Shown here: positions 24,282-36,922 of the stretch, piece by piece
How the letters are laid out: each line of letters opens with the position of its first letter
How positions within the stretch are numbered: the stretch's first letter is position 1
Source: Blastocystis sp. subtype 4
Taxonomy: Eukaryota
Length of the DNA: 39,228 nt
Assembly (NCBI RefSeq): GCF_000743755.1
Contig: NW_014569465.1
Coordinates: 62,001-101,228 of the forward strand
Direction: 5' to 3'
Position numbers and translations under genes: made by a program
The notes under the pieces: generated by a model
What the model was told of the DNA's origin: nothing
Databases searched by the model: none
Seen by the model: only the letters and a program-made list of their open reading frames with translations

Positions 24282-26618
24282 TCACACAACAAAGTACTGA
24301 TCAAATCCAGGAGCCATTCTAAATTCCTTGGAATGAACATTCTTGAAATACTCTGTTCGAGGATTCAGATCGAATCCACTTAATACAATACGAGGTACAT
24401 TTACTACTCGAATAAGACCATAATAATTAAATGAATATCCATTTGCATTACGGATACTTGTTAATGAAGGCAAATCTTTGAGTGATTGATAGAATTTACT
24501 CATACTTGTAAGGGTAAGACTATTAAGATATAGATAAGGTTCTATTTGATTGATGCGATGCATCATACAGCTATCACCATTCAGACAGTAGCCAACCAGC
24601 ACAATATCTGTTAATAATGGTAAATCTATCACTTTATCTGTTATTCCAATATTACTCTCAAATCGAGTCGAATGCTGATGAATGAAACTCCCATCTCCGA
24701 GAGTGATTCGAGTCAATTTGGGTAAATCTACCATTCACTTTCTTACACACATGTCTACTCAAAACGCAGAAGTTCTCCCAATTTCTGGCAACATTTTGTC
24801 CAATTACAATCTCTTCCAGTTCATTCAATTCACTGATAGACACACTTCGGTTCTGTTCAACAGACATATCTCCACTCATACAACCATCACTCAGCACCAA
24901 ATGACGCAAATTCGGTAAGTTAAATACATTCAATTCTCTAGCAAACAAAAGACTATTTCGGCCAATCCACAATTCCTCCCAATTTGTACTATCAACAAAT
25001 TCAATCTTCTCCAGTATTCTCTCATTGCAGCTAGTATCCTCCACAACCACAGCTTTCGATTTTTTACTCAAATTAGCATAGTCTTGTTCACTTCGAATGA
25101 AGTACCCCTCACAAGGTCTATGTAATGATGCTTCAGAAGACAAAGTGTCAGGTATATTGGAATGTTGTTGAGAGGATTGGAGAGATTGCTGAGGTGAATA
25201 GGATTGCTGTTGAGAGGGTTGATCATAAGGCTGCTGAGAGGATGGAAGAGATGCATGTGAAGACACTGTAGGAGCATTAGTTCCATAAGACTGAGAATTG
25301 GTAGCAACAGAAGAAGCCATCTCATTTGGAATGAACGAAGGAGGATCAAGTCTCATGTGAGAACTAATAGTACTTCTGACTTCCTTTGAATTCTCCTCAT
25401 TAGTTCGATTCACTGAATTCAGTGATACAGAGTCAGTAGAAACAGACTGACTATCCAATGAATAGACTTCAGGCTGCATTGTTTCAGGATCAAAACCATC
25501 CAAACGAACTTGGTCGAATGAGACCAAATAAGTCTCATTCTCTTCAGGTGCTTCATAAACTGTTTCATCACATCCCTTTGGTGGATCATCGGCTTCAGTA
25601 GACAAAGAAGCAGTCCTTTCCGTGTTATCCAAATCTGAATCTTCTAATGATTCATCGAACGAATAGACAGAACCTTCTGCATCCTTCCCGGGATAGGGAG
25701 TTTCAGAAGGAGTTTCATAGAAGAATTCAGTTGCAGGAGGAACTAATTCACTCACTACACTTTGTACACAAGTTGAATGATTCTGTTCCGCGGGAATATT
25801 ATCTTTTGTAACACTTAGAGAATCTGTCATCTGTTGAGAAACCTTATCTGTTTCTTCTTCTACTTTCACAAACCATCCATCTTCTTCTATATATTGGCCC
25901 ATGAAGGCTGTGATTCTTGGGACATCGACAGCTGTAGTCACATACTGGAACAACTCCTCACCTTCTAATTGGTGGATAGTTGCATCATCTTCGTATTCAT
26001 ATTCAAACATCACTTTATTATCTCTGAAACGCTGATAGATACGGATTAACTTGTTGTTCACATAGATACCAAAAAACAGGGGAACTCCTGTTTTGGCATC
26101 AAATTCCACACCATAACCTTCGCGAATGAAACAATTTGCTCCCATTCCACCACGATAAATGATATTTCGAGTAACGGGATGATGCTGAATCAAAAAACTT
26201 TCCTCTGATGTATGATACATATAACAAAGACCATCCCACTTACCCGCTTCATTCCACCACCCAGAAATGAAATGATGACCATAATGATACACTTCAAACT
26301 CACCAACACGCTTTCCATCAGCATATATCCACTGTAATTTCTTAATTCCATCTTCCCAGAGAGTTGCTTCTCCCTGACGCTTCCCATTCTCTATTGAGAC
26401 TACGAGACTCTCATATTCGTGAGGAGGATAGAAAAGAATCGTCTGATAACAAATACCGTCTTCTGTTACTCCTTCTGTTGTTGAACGCCCAATATAGTCA
26501 GAGGGAGAACCGGGAATAAACGGATCAGCAAAAAAGAAGTCTAAGCAGATGATCGGCTTCTACTCTACCTACCGGCATTCTCATATAGCTCATCAGGCAA
26601 CTGGTATTCCACAAGCAT
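24282..26618 (-). CDS. Uncharacterised protein: MORN-like N-terminus, acidic/Ser-Gln linker, C-terminal LRR-like repeats
   Basis: GKRQGEA, GKWDGLC, YRGG...REGYGVEF...GIYVNN MORN-like units; LPNLRHLVL, LPKLTRITLG, LPSLTSI repeats separated by small introns. Confidence 0.65.
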
Positions 26619-26663
26619 TTAGAACTTAAAAGAATTGACTTTGAACAAACAAACTCTTAACCG

Positions 26664-29600
26664 CTAAACACGACGAATACTTGAAAACAAGTTAGGAACA
26701 GAAGAAGCAGCACTTGTATAATGCATAGACGTCACACTACGGAGGGAAGCTCTATTCATGCTTGCAAATCCAGCTGGAATAACTGTCTCTACAGTTTGGA
26801 ATGCCTCCTCCTTCTGACCACCAAGACCCACGAACCAATCAGCAGGTACTGTTCGCGAGAGTTGGTAGAGAGGAAGTGACAACGCTCCGCACAACACACT
26901 GAAGGTAATCTCCTGCCATGTCAGCGCTTTTGTGGAGAAGAAGAGACCTCCGAATTGAACCATTAAGACCTGCAGCACAATCGAGAGAACCAAAATGAAG
27001 ATGAACATGGTGTTAGTTCCCAATCGTTCACACACATTCCATTCATCATTGATTCGTCTTGAATTCAACTCATTAAACATTTCAAGACAAACGAATACAT
27101 TGAATACCATGGTATAATGAGTTGTAATTTCATGACTATAACCCATTTGCTTGCCATTAGGAACATTGAACAGAACATGACCATAATAAACAATTGTTAG
27201 AAGAATCACAATATGGCACACTCCTTGAGCCAACATATTACGAACGATTACATTGCTTATCAGAGGCTGGTTCTTCTTATAAGGGAGACGATTCAATAGT
27301 TTTCGCGTTGGTGATTCAGTGGCCAGAGCCAGAGCAGCTAGTGTATCCATAGCCAGATTGATCCACAGGACCTGTACAGGCGTCATGGGCGACTCCTCAA
27401 GTGTGACAGCTGAAACAAATGCAACTGCACATGCTACTAAGGAGACAGTGAGTTGGAATTGGAGGAACTTCCGAATGGAGTCATAGACATTTCGACCCCA
27501 CATCACAGCCTTCACAATCGAGACGAAGTTATCATCCATCAACACAATATCAGAAGCATCCTTGGCTACAGAGGTTCCTGTGATTCCCATAGCAAAACCG
27601 ACATTCGACTTGGCCAGAGCAGGACCATCATTCGTTCCATCTCCAGTCACAGCCACAACCTGATGACGTTCCATCAGACCTGTCACCAGCAAATGCTTGT
27701 CAGTAGGAGCTGAACGAGCCATCACCTGAAGAGTGTCCACAAACTGATCGAACTGACCCTGATTCTTCACCACATAGTACTGCTGGAGCTGACGAGCATC
27801 CTTTGGATTCTTCACTTGGTACATGCATCCTCGTTCCTTGCACTCCTTGGTACACTGATTCTTTCCTTCACAGCAGCTACTGCCTCAGGTGTCCAATCCT
27901 TACAATGCTCATCCTTATGACCCACAATTGAAGGATAACCGTAGTGAGTAGGATAGTCAGGTGTTTTGAATCCTGGTACGAAGTATGGGTCCGCTGAACA
28001 ATCCTTACAATCACATTTGTGATAGAAATGAGGAGGTAACACCAGACCACCTGTAATCTCACGGAACTGACTACCCAGAATCGCACGACCCGCAGGATAA
28101 TGTTTACCCTGACCATCGACATATCCTTTGCTGTTATAGATGTTACATTGACGAGCAATGGCTTTTGCTGTCTCCATGTTATCTCCTGTTACCATGCGCA
28201 CAAAGATACCAGCCTTCTGACAATCACGTACGGCTCCAGGCACCTCAGGACGTACAGGATCCTGGAATCCCAACAATCCCACAAGAGTCAACTGACCACA
28301 GCAGGACAATCACCCACACCCTTCTGTTCCTCTGTTCGATAAGTCACCATCTCATCCCAGTCCTGAGCTGTCTCGAAATCACGATAAGCAAATGCAATAA
28401 CACGCAAAGCCTGTCGAGCCATAGGATAGATACAGTTCTCCACAATACGTCTGCGTGAACCCTCTCCTGTGACCTTTCCTTCCACTTCTTGGAAGTCGCC
28501 TGTTAACTCCTTGAAGCCATCAACACTGTACTGCAAACGATCACACAAACGAAGAACCATTTCAGGGGCTCCTTTCACATACAGACGATATTTGCCATTA
28601 CTGAGACGCACCAAACATGAAGATCTCTTACGATCGGAGTGGAACGGATAAAACTTGAGAATACCAGTACTTGACCCATCATCCTGTTTCAGTTGAGGGG
28701 TCTGTTCACGCATTGTCAAATAATTCACTCCTAGAAGTCTCGCCCATTTCAACATAGCCACTTCAATAGCAGAACCAACTCCAACTTCACGATTGTCAGC
28801 ATTTGTTGTGAGGAATGCATCATTATTCAACAATGCATTCTCTAACAGCAACATACGAGGCACTTCTGGTAAGCTCTTACACTTAGCAATGAATGCATTG
28901 TACTCCTCCTGATCTCCAGTCTTCAACGTATTCAATAACTCAGCTTGATCCTCTCCCTCAGGATTATAAACCCATCCTTGAACCACAGTCATTTGATTCT
29001 GTGTGAGAGTTCCAAATGGTGTTTGCTCCTCCCATGGTCTCACAGGCATTCAAATGACGTACCAAGTTGTTATCAGTCATCATTCGTTTCACAGAGTAAG
29101 CCAAAGCAATTGTAACGGCCAAAGGCAGACCCTCAGGAATAGCCACGACCAGAATGGTAATTCCAATAACAAATGCATTCACAATCACCAACCAATTTGT
29201 CGTCTTCCAAGACGGATTCCCCATATCATCAACTGTTCCTTTGCCTGTGAAGAATAAGAACAGATATTTCGCAATGATCACAATGATTGTGAGAACACCC
29301 ACAGTGAAACCCAGAATCGTAATTTGCTTACTCAAAATATCCAATTTTGCTTGTAATGGGGTTTGCTCTTCATTATCTCCTTCAATCATTGTCTTCATTC
29401 GACCAAATACAGAGTTTGGTCCTACTGCTGTTACAACCATCAAACAGGAACCATCGTGACACTCAGATGAGGACACGATGAATGGGTTTTTGGCTCCCTT
29501 CTCAACCTGATCTGATTCACCTGTGAGTTTCGATTCATCCATTTTCATGTTATTACCACTAATGTAAATACCATCAGCAGGAACTGTGTCTCCCGCAGAT

Positions 29601-30391
29601 ATTTGAACAATATCTCCCACCACCAGATCATCTGTAACTACTGTCACCATCTTCCCATCACGCTTCACCTTGATGTTACGACGATTATTGATAGCATTCA
29701 GTTGACGGAACTGCTTATCCTTCTGCAAATCATTTATAGCTGTCACATTCAAGACAATAACAACAGCCAGCAAAATGGCTAATCCATCATAGCAACCCTG
29801 AAGACCCTCTGTAGCAGCTCCAAGGATGATTGAAACAATAGCAGCACAGATCAAAATAATCAAAGTGAGATCGTGAAGACCATCCCAGATCAACTCCCAG
29901 TAAGTAGCACCCTTTCGTTCTTCAGGTTTGTTCGATCCGTAGAACTCGATACGTTTGGGATCATTCGCTTGTTCGGTTGTTAAACCCTACTTATCAAGAA
30001 ACATGCAGAAACGATACTGTTTCGACATTGGAATGAAGAGACTCCACTAATTTGTTGACTCCGCCGAATCTATCCACTGTCTTTGGACCATCTCCTTCCA
30101 TTTGCCAATCAAACAATGAATCCTTATTCTGAGCAGTAGGAGCTCCAAGCACTTCCGGACTCAGTTCAAAACCACCCTTCTCCTAGTTGATTAACAATAA
30201 AGGGAATCCCGTACAGAAAGATTAGAACGGATAACCGTCATTTCAATGCCTGCCTCTGTGGAAGCATTCACTACTTTTGGGGCAGGATTTGCTCCCAAAG
30301 AGTCAGATTGTGTTTCTGGCTGTTTTCCCGAGGTGACTGCATCACCATGAGTACCATCTACTTGTACCGGATTATCTGCGTTAGGGTTCAT
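26664..30391 (-). CDS. ATP2B: P2B-type (PMCA) Ca2+-ATPase, reading frame disrupted (possible pseudogene or assembly error)
   Basis: [62 protein letters not shown] missing at 29013/29014; further frame breaks near 28295 and 27864. Confidence 0.85.
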
Positions 30392-30727
30392 ACCTTCATA
30401 AAGAAAATATGTGATCAGGTGCTTGAACCTTCTGTTTCCACGGGAATCTACTATATTCAGCGGGAGAAATAACGTGGTTCTTCATGTCCACGTTCTTCGT
30501 GTATTCGTTTCTGGAACCTACTTATTGGTAATATTGATAGAATGAGTGAACAGAAAGCCAAAAATGTAATTTCTAGTAACATTGAAGTCAGAGTAACGGT
30601 ATTTCGTTGTGGCCATATAGAGGGTCCGTCTGGTGTCGTAGATATTTGGTACATCGACTTTCTAAATGAATGAAGTAGTTTCAAAAACGAATCTTCGTTT
30701 TTCCTATTTCCTTTCTTAACAAACAGT

Positions 30728-33700
30728 TCACACTTCAACATCAAATAGTGAATCATCTGACTTTACTTCTGGTTCTACGACCAATTTTGCTTTCATTGCT
30801 TGCTTCTGTTCCTTTTTCACTTCTATGGCTCAATAAACTCAAAATTGCCTACTATGAATATTCTTTTCCTTCTTTTCAGTTCTCGAAGAACCTGACTTAG
30901 TTGTCTTTGAAGATATCACACTCGATGAACTCGATCTTGGCGTTCCTGACTTTGAAGTGGATACTGCTCTCACTTTTAATGTGGCTGCTTTGGAAGCCAT
31001 TGTTTTGTCTTCGTCCTCCTCAATTTCTCCCGTTGTGTCTTGATTTGATACAAATCGAATGGCCTCATCCAAAGAATGAAGACGAACGAAGAATGAAGCA
31101 ATTGACGTAATAGCTGTCTGAGCATAGGCAGAAGGAATGACCCATTTGTACCATCGCATCAATCCTCCTTTTGCCACACATTGTTCTAATAGAAGGAGAC
31201 AGGCCAATAATTGAGCTGGAGTTGAACATCGTCTCACCTTCCTCATCCACATAGCTCGACGTGCTGGTGACCAGAACATACGTGCCTTCTTTGTCATTTG
31301 ATGGTGAGGAAGAGCCAGTTCTAAGAGCTGAAGATCAATCTTCGCCTGACGGATCTTAGAAGAGCAAGGAGGAATGGATGAAGAACACGTATGATGGAGA
31401 GCAGGAGCATAATCAAGATGACAATTAGGACAATGTTCAATCGATGGAAGAAGCAGACCTCCACATTCGTCACAGTGAGGATAGTGAACGATGAGACCAT
31501 CATGTGTAAACAGAGATGGAAGTTGACGACACAGGAAAAATGCTGAATGTAACGGTTGCTGCTGAACCGCGGGAATTGTCAGTTGGTCTAAATGTCGAGT
31601 AGTTACGAGAGAATGAAGAGATGAAGGAATGGTCTGTTGGAATGATAATGGAAGAGAAGGAACCGGCTGACGCTTATCCGATGCTTGGAGCCATTGACCT
31701 TTTGAAACACCATCAGTAATCTGCTGATAGCAACTCTCCTCATCTCCACGGAATTGGTACCACAATCGACCCTGGTCATCTGAATGAGGAACAGTTGTTG
31801 GAAGCAAATCACGAAGTTGAGGTTCCAACTCTGTATTCTCACGAGCCTTCATCGTTCTAGATTGTGACTCATCATCATTCCTACTTCAATAGCTCACGCT
31901 TCATATTCTTGATCTTCTCCTGTAAACGTCGTAATGTCATCTGACTACAACTGGCATGCATGCATTTCTCTCTCATAACCACTTCAGTCGATCCATTCTC
32001 TAACAAATTCTTCACACAAGCATCAATGTCACATACATTCAGATGAGACAAACAGTCCGTTTTTGTACCTGGGAGACCACAAACATCACAACACAAAGCA
32101 GTCTCTTGAGAATATCCTGTGAATACTGGGTTGATGATCTCAGGATTCATTGAGGAGGTGCTGATAGTCTCACTCTCCAGATTCATTGCATAGCCACAAC
32201 AAGCAGGATGCCATTGAGACGCCATTACTGTCTCCCAATCAGCATATTCACTAACCTTCTCAGGAGGAATCAAAGGTCCTTCGTAGCCACTACAAAATTC
32301 AGCACCATTTAACTCACTGATGGCTATGGCTACCTCGGGAATCGACAGACCAAAAGCCTCCGCACCATTCACATCCCCTTTCCTACTAATCACATGCATC
32401 ACTTCATCCCAAGCACCTGAAGGAGTAGCTGATTGTACCTTCATACCATCCCACTCAACAATAAACACAGGTTCCGACTGATCTCCTTTTTCAATTCGAC
32501 ATGTGAGTGTTAGAGGATATGGCTCGTTAAGAACATGAATGGCTCTGTAGCCTACTGGATACAGTAAATGTTTGCTAAAGAAGGTATGAAGAGGACAAAT
32601 CTTGCCCAATTCCAACACTGTTACATTCCCCAGAGTACATGGTAACACAAATGGTCGAGGTTCTGGCTTTAGAAGAGTACTCTCAATATACTCATCCGAG
32701 TTAATTTGAGTTGTTAGACCTCTCCATTTCTCTCGAATTGCTAAGTATCATGACGATGAACATATCCTACCAGGAGCACTTCGATGACCTAATTTTGCAC
32801 CATAAAGTGCCACAATTTTGGTCCATTTCCCTTCTCCTATTTGTTTCACAGCTTCCCGAAGAGTTTTAACTTCATCGTCTGTCCATCCTCTGGGGCGAGA
32901 TGGTTTGTTGACATTCTCTTCTGCTTCCTTTATGTTGGGTTGCGATGAGACCGTTTCTGAGTCTGTAACATTCTGTGTTCCTGCTTCATCATTTTGTACA
33001 GTTGCCTCATCTTTAGGTACTACTGTCATCTCATCCTTAGGTAGCTCTGCAGTCACACCCTTCTCAGATATCGTTTCTTCTACTTCCATTCCCATCACTT
33101 CAACCTTTCCTTCATCTGTTACCTCCTCCTTTCCTATCTCCACTTCCTCATGATTCTCCACTTCCATCATTCCATCATTCTTCCCAGCTTCATTCTCCTT
33201 TCCAGTCATTCCACTTTCCGTTTCCTCTCCACCTCCATCATGACTTCTCTTCTTTCTCATACTATCATTCATCATCAAACATAAGTCTCGTATCCGTGAC
33301 ACATGAATCTGATCCGTCTTCTCCTTCTCTGCATAAACCTTCTCTGTGGCTGTCTCTGACAAACCCATAAACTGAATCACATCAGGAACATCACGAGCAA
33401 TCTCAACAATAGACTGAGCAATCATTAGTCTCTGAGATACCGTCATCTCACTAGGACTTTCTGAAGCTAACAGGATTGCCATGCGTCTAAGTCGAGCAGT
33501 CAGAGGCATTTCTGACCATGAATCCTTATCAGCTGTCTGAGGTATGGTTCCAAAGAATACAGGATTTATCAAAGTTGGATCAAACAAGTCCTTGTAGTCA
33601 TAAGAATTTGATCCAGTTCCTGCAATAGGACGAAGAGGACCGTATCCACACAAACTCACATTCTGAATAGTACAGTCGAATTCAGTGGAAATAGAATCAC

Positions 33701-36401
33701 CTAAAGATCCCTCATCGATCCACCGTTCCTGTGTTGGTAGACCTCGACACAGACCACATATCCAACCATTCTCAGGGATAGAACAGAGAGGAGGCTGAAG
33801 GCAAGAGATATGAAAGGATGCTTCACAGATATCACATGAAACACACTCTCCTTCTCTCAATTCTTTGTCATTCAGCAAGCAGTATTTACATCCCTGACCA
33901 AAGTAGGCTGCTTCATCCCATGGACCTCGTTCTCCTGGTTTTGCATCCAACACCCAAGTCTTCATAAACTGATGAGCCAATGCCTCCATCGCTTTGGCTG
34001 CTTCCAATACTTCTGGACTCGTCTTATCATAGACATAACACTTACTCCAGATTTGCTGAAGTGACTCAGAGAAGGCTCCTACTTCAAAGTGATCATTCTT
34101 ACAGAAGGCTCCTGTCACTAGCAAGTCAGCCAGAGTATGGAGGTCCATTGGATCACTCACAAATGCACGATAGTCTGGATAATCGCGGGAATCTACTGGT
34201 TCTGCAAAGGGTTCAGAATCAGGTGAACCTCGCAATCGACGCAAAACAGCAAGACACCGTGTAAAGAGCAAACGGTCAGTAGGGGTGAGTGACTTCGTTG
34301 CTTCATAGCATTCTTCACCACGAGCAGCAAAAGCAGCACGAGAAAGCACACCTCGAATAGGATCTATGATCATCAACTCATCTAGAGAGTGACGTCCTTC
34401 TTCCATCATGAATCTAGTCACACTCACAATATCTCGTCCATTTAGTACCCATAATTTGCAAATGAACAAAATACGAGCGAATTCGGGCCATGTCTCTACA
34501 GTACAAGCTCGACCTACGAATGGTTTCCATCCAGGAATCTGAAGTGTTTTTTCACTCAACATGAGAGTGGCACGAAGTTGTGTGAAAATGAGTGTAAGCA
34601 CAGCTGCCAATTGTTGGTCTAGAACCGTGGAAATCGTTGGATACATGAGCGATAGCTCGAAGGCTTCATATGAAATACGAGGTACCTTGAAGACAGGAGA
34701 GAAGAAGCAAAAACAATCCCACAAAGCCAAAGCATCACCAACGAGAGTAGAAGGAAGGAATGAGAATGACTGAGGAGGTGAGAGAGGAGGTTTGAAAGAA
34801 GGATTAGAAGAATCTGATATTATAACAGGAAGACTTGGGATATGTTTGGATGAAGTAAGAGAATGCACAATACCAAGATGATAAGGTAATGAATAAATCT
34901 CTTGAATTGAACGATGTGAACTACGAGGCAGAGACTCCTCATTCTTCAGATGACGATCTGATGTAACTCCTTTTGACCGAGTTGATACTCTCTGATCTAA
35001 TTTTGTTAACATTCGTCGAATAGGACGTGGTTTTTCCAAATAGTCAACAGGAAGAATTGTTCGCTTCCGTTTCTCTTTCCTCTCTAGAATTGGAAATTCC
35101 AGTTGTTTTACTGTTTCAGGTTCCTTTCGTTGTGACAAATTCTTGACGTTTTTTGTCACTGCATCATTTATATTCGAATTTTGTTCATTTTCATCTTGTT
35201 CCTTCTGCTTAGTGATTGATTGCGAAATCAATTGTTCTGGTTTGATATTCTCTCGTTTCATAATTGCTTCTAACACTTCATCATTAATCCTTTCCAAAGT
35301 CCTTTCACGCTCTCTCATCTCATCTCGTTTCATTCGTTCAATGATTCGACTATCAATCATTAAATCCTGATACTTGGTTGCAGCAATCTCAATAACAGAT
35401 TTTGCAACTTGCGTTCTTCCTTCATCCAGACAACAACGGATCACATGATTACGATATTCATTACAATCTTCTTGCTGTTTCTGGAGAAGTGATTCCTTTC
35501 GAATGATATTACTTGCTCGACCCAAAGCTTCACGCTGGTAGCAGAACAAGTATCCTTTGCACAGAAGTGTCGTACTCTGTTTTTCTAAATGCATTTGAAT
35601 CACACGATTTGTAAGACCATAATATTCTTCTCCTACAGAATCTGTTGGACGAGGAGATTCACTAGGACCATTGAACTTAATCATTGCATCATAAATGCGA
35701 TTCCTTAGATTATTCCACGAATTATCGATATTATAATCATAACTCACTACTGTTCCTTGTAGTGAAATCACAAACAGAGGCTTTCCATTATTGTCGCTAA
35801 TCCAACAATCGTAGAGAACCATTTCATTCGGATTCACGATAGAATTATAAACCTTCTGAGAATGATAACCCACTGGATACAAGCTTGAACGAGTATAAAA
35901 ACCAGGACGAGAATCTACCTGACCAAAGTCATGTACCACTATTTGTCCAAGAGCAATTGGTAATTTCACGTCATGAAGACTTGGATTCGACTGGATCATG
36001 TTAAAGGCGTCCACAGTAGAAATCATACATGGAGCACCGTCAAATGATAATAATTGAAAACGATACTTATCAACAAGTGAAGCATCGGGGATTTCGGGGA
36101 AAGAATAATCCTTCAACAAATTCAACTGTTGGTCCACATATTTTATGCGCGATACAATATGGTACTTGATCCGACAGCCCTTGGTATCGATTCCATACAT
36201 GGAACACAGAGTAATTAGCTCCTCGAAAGGTAAAACATATAAACCATCATATTTTGATAATGTATATTTTCCTAGAATCGGAATCGGGGTGATATCATTC
36301 GGTGAAACAATTTCCCGAATCCGTTGTTGGATTTGAGTATCCACCGCTGCAGAAACAAGATTAATCAAATGGGTGCGATTGGGTCCATTTGATTGCGCCA
36401 T
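30728..36401 (-). CDS. Large chromatin reader: SAP-like, FYRN/FYRC, DDT, bromodomain, PHD, Myb/SANT, second FYRN/FYRC, WHIM-like
   Basis: Three ~30-nt introns join ORFs 32748..36401, 31881..32648, 30839..31852 and a last exon ending FDVEV* (30728). Motifs LYPVGY (x2), GDALALWDCF, PFAEPVD..DYPDY...PMDL, CKYC...CDIC...FHISC...WICGLC, WTDDE...GEGKW...IREKWR. Confidence 0.85.
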
Positions 36402-36428
36402 TTTGTGTTTCCAAACAAATAACAGAAA

Positions 36429-36753
36429 CTATAACTCTGCAACGAGTTGTTGTAGTTGGCCATTCTTAAACAGTCTTTCTGTGTCATCTCCTCCACCAAT
36501 ACTCTTTCCTCCAATGAATACATTGGGAACTGTAGACCGTCCTGTCAGATCCTTCAAAGCACTCTGAATCGTTGCTCCATCTTCTCTTCTATTTCTCACT
36601 TAACTCTCATTCTTCTTACTTATCAAGATTAATATTCAAATAGGGACATCCAAGTTGTTCAATATAACGGACTGCTTTGATACAGTAAGGACAATAGGAC
36701 TTTCCAAAGATAACAATAGAATTTGCACTAATTGTAGATTTTACGTAATCCAT
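36429..36753 (-). CDS. Dithiol glutaredoxin (CPYC)
   Basis: KSYCPYC, TVPNVFIGGKSIGGGDD; one 31-nt intron; TAG at 36429-36431; missed by the ORF track. Confidence 0.92.
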
Positions 36754-36922
36754 AGGAAGCAAATAATGAGTTTACACAAATGAGTTAGCGAGCAGTTGCT
36801 GTCAAGTGGCTGAGTTTTCGAGAAGAATCGGATCGAAAAGGAGATTCAAAGGATTCAATACAACCAAAGAGTATTCAATCAAAAGGAAATCACACTTCAT
36901 GAAGGAAAACCAAACAAACATA

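Noticed and set aside
30440..30756. 99-aa minus ORF, and TCTACTATA shared with 18508-18516 as a possible promoter element
   Set aside because: The ORF overlaps the chromatin gene's last exon off-frame; two motif instances are too few to support.
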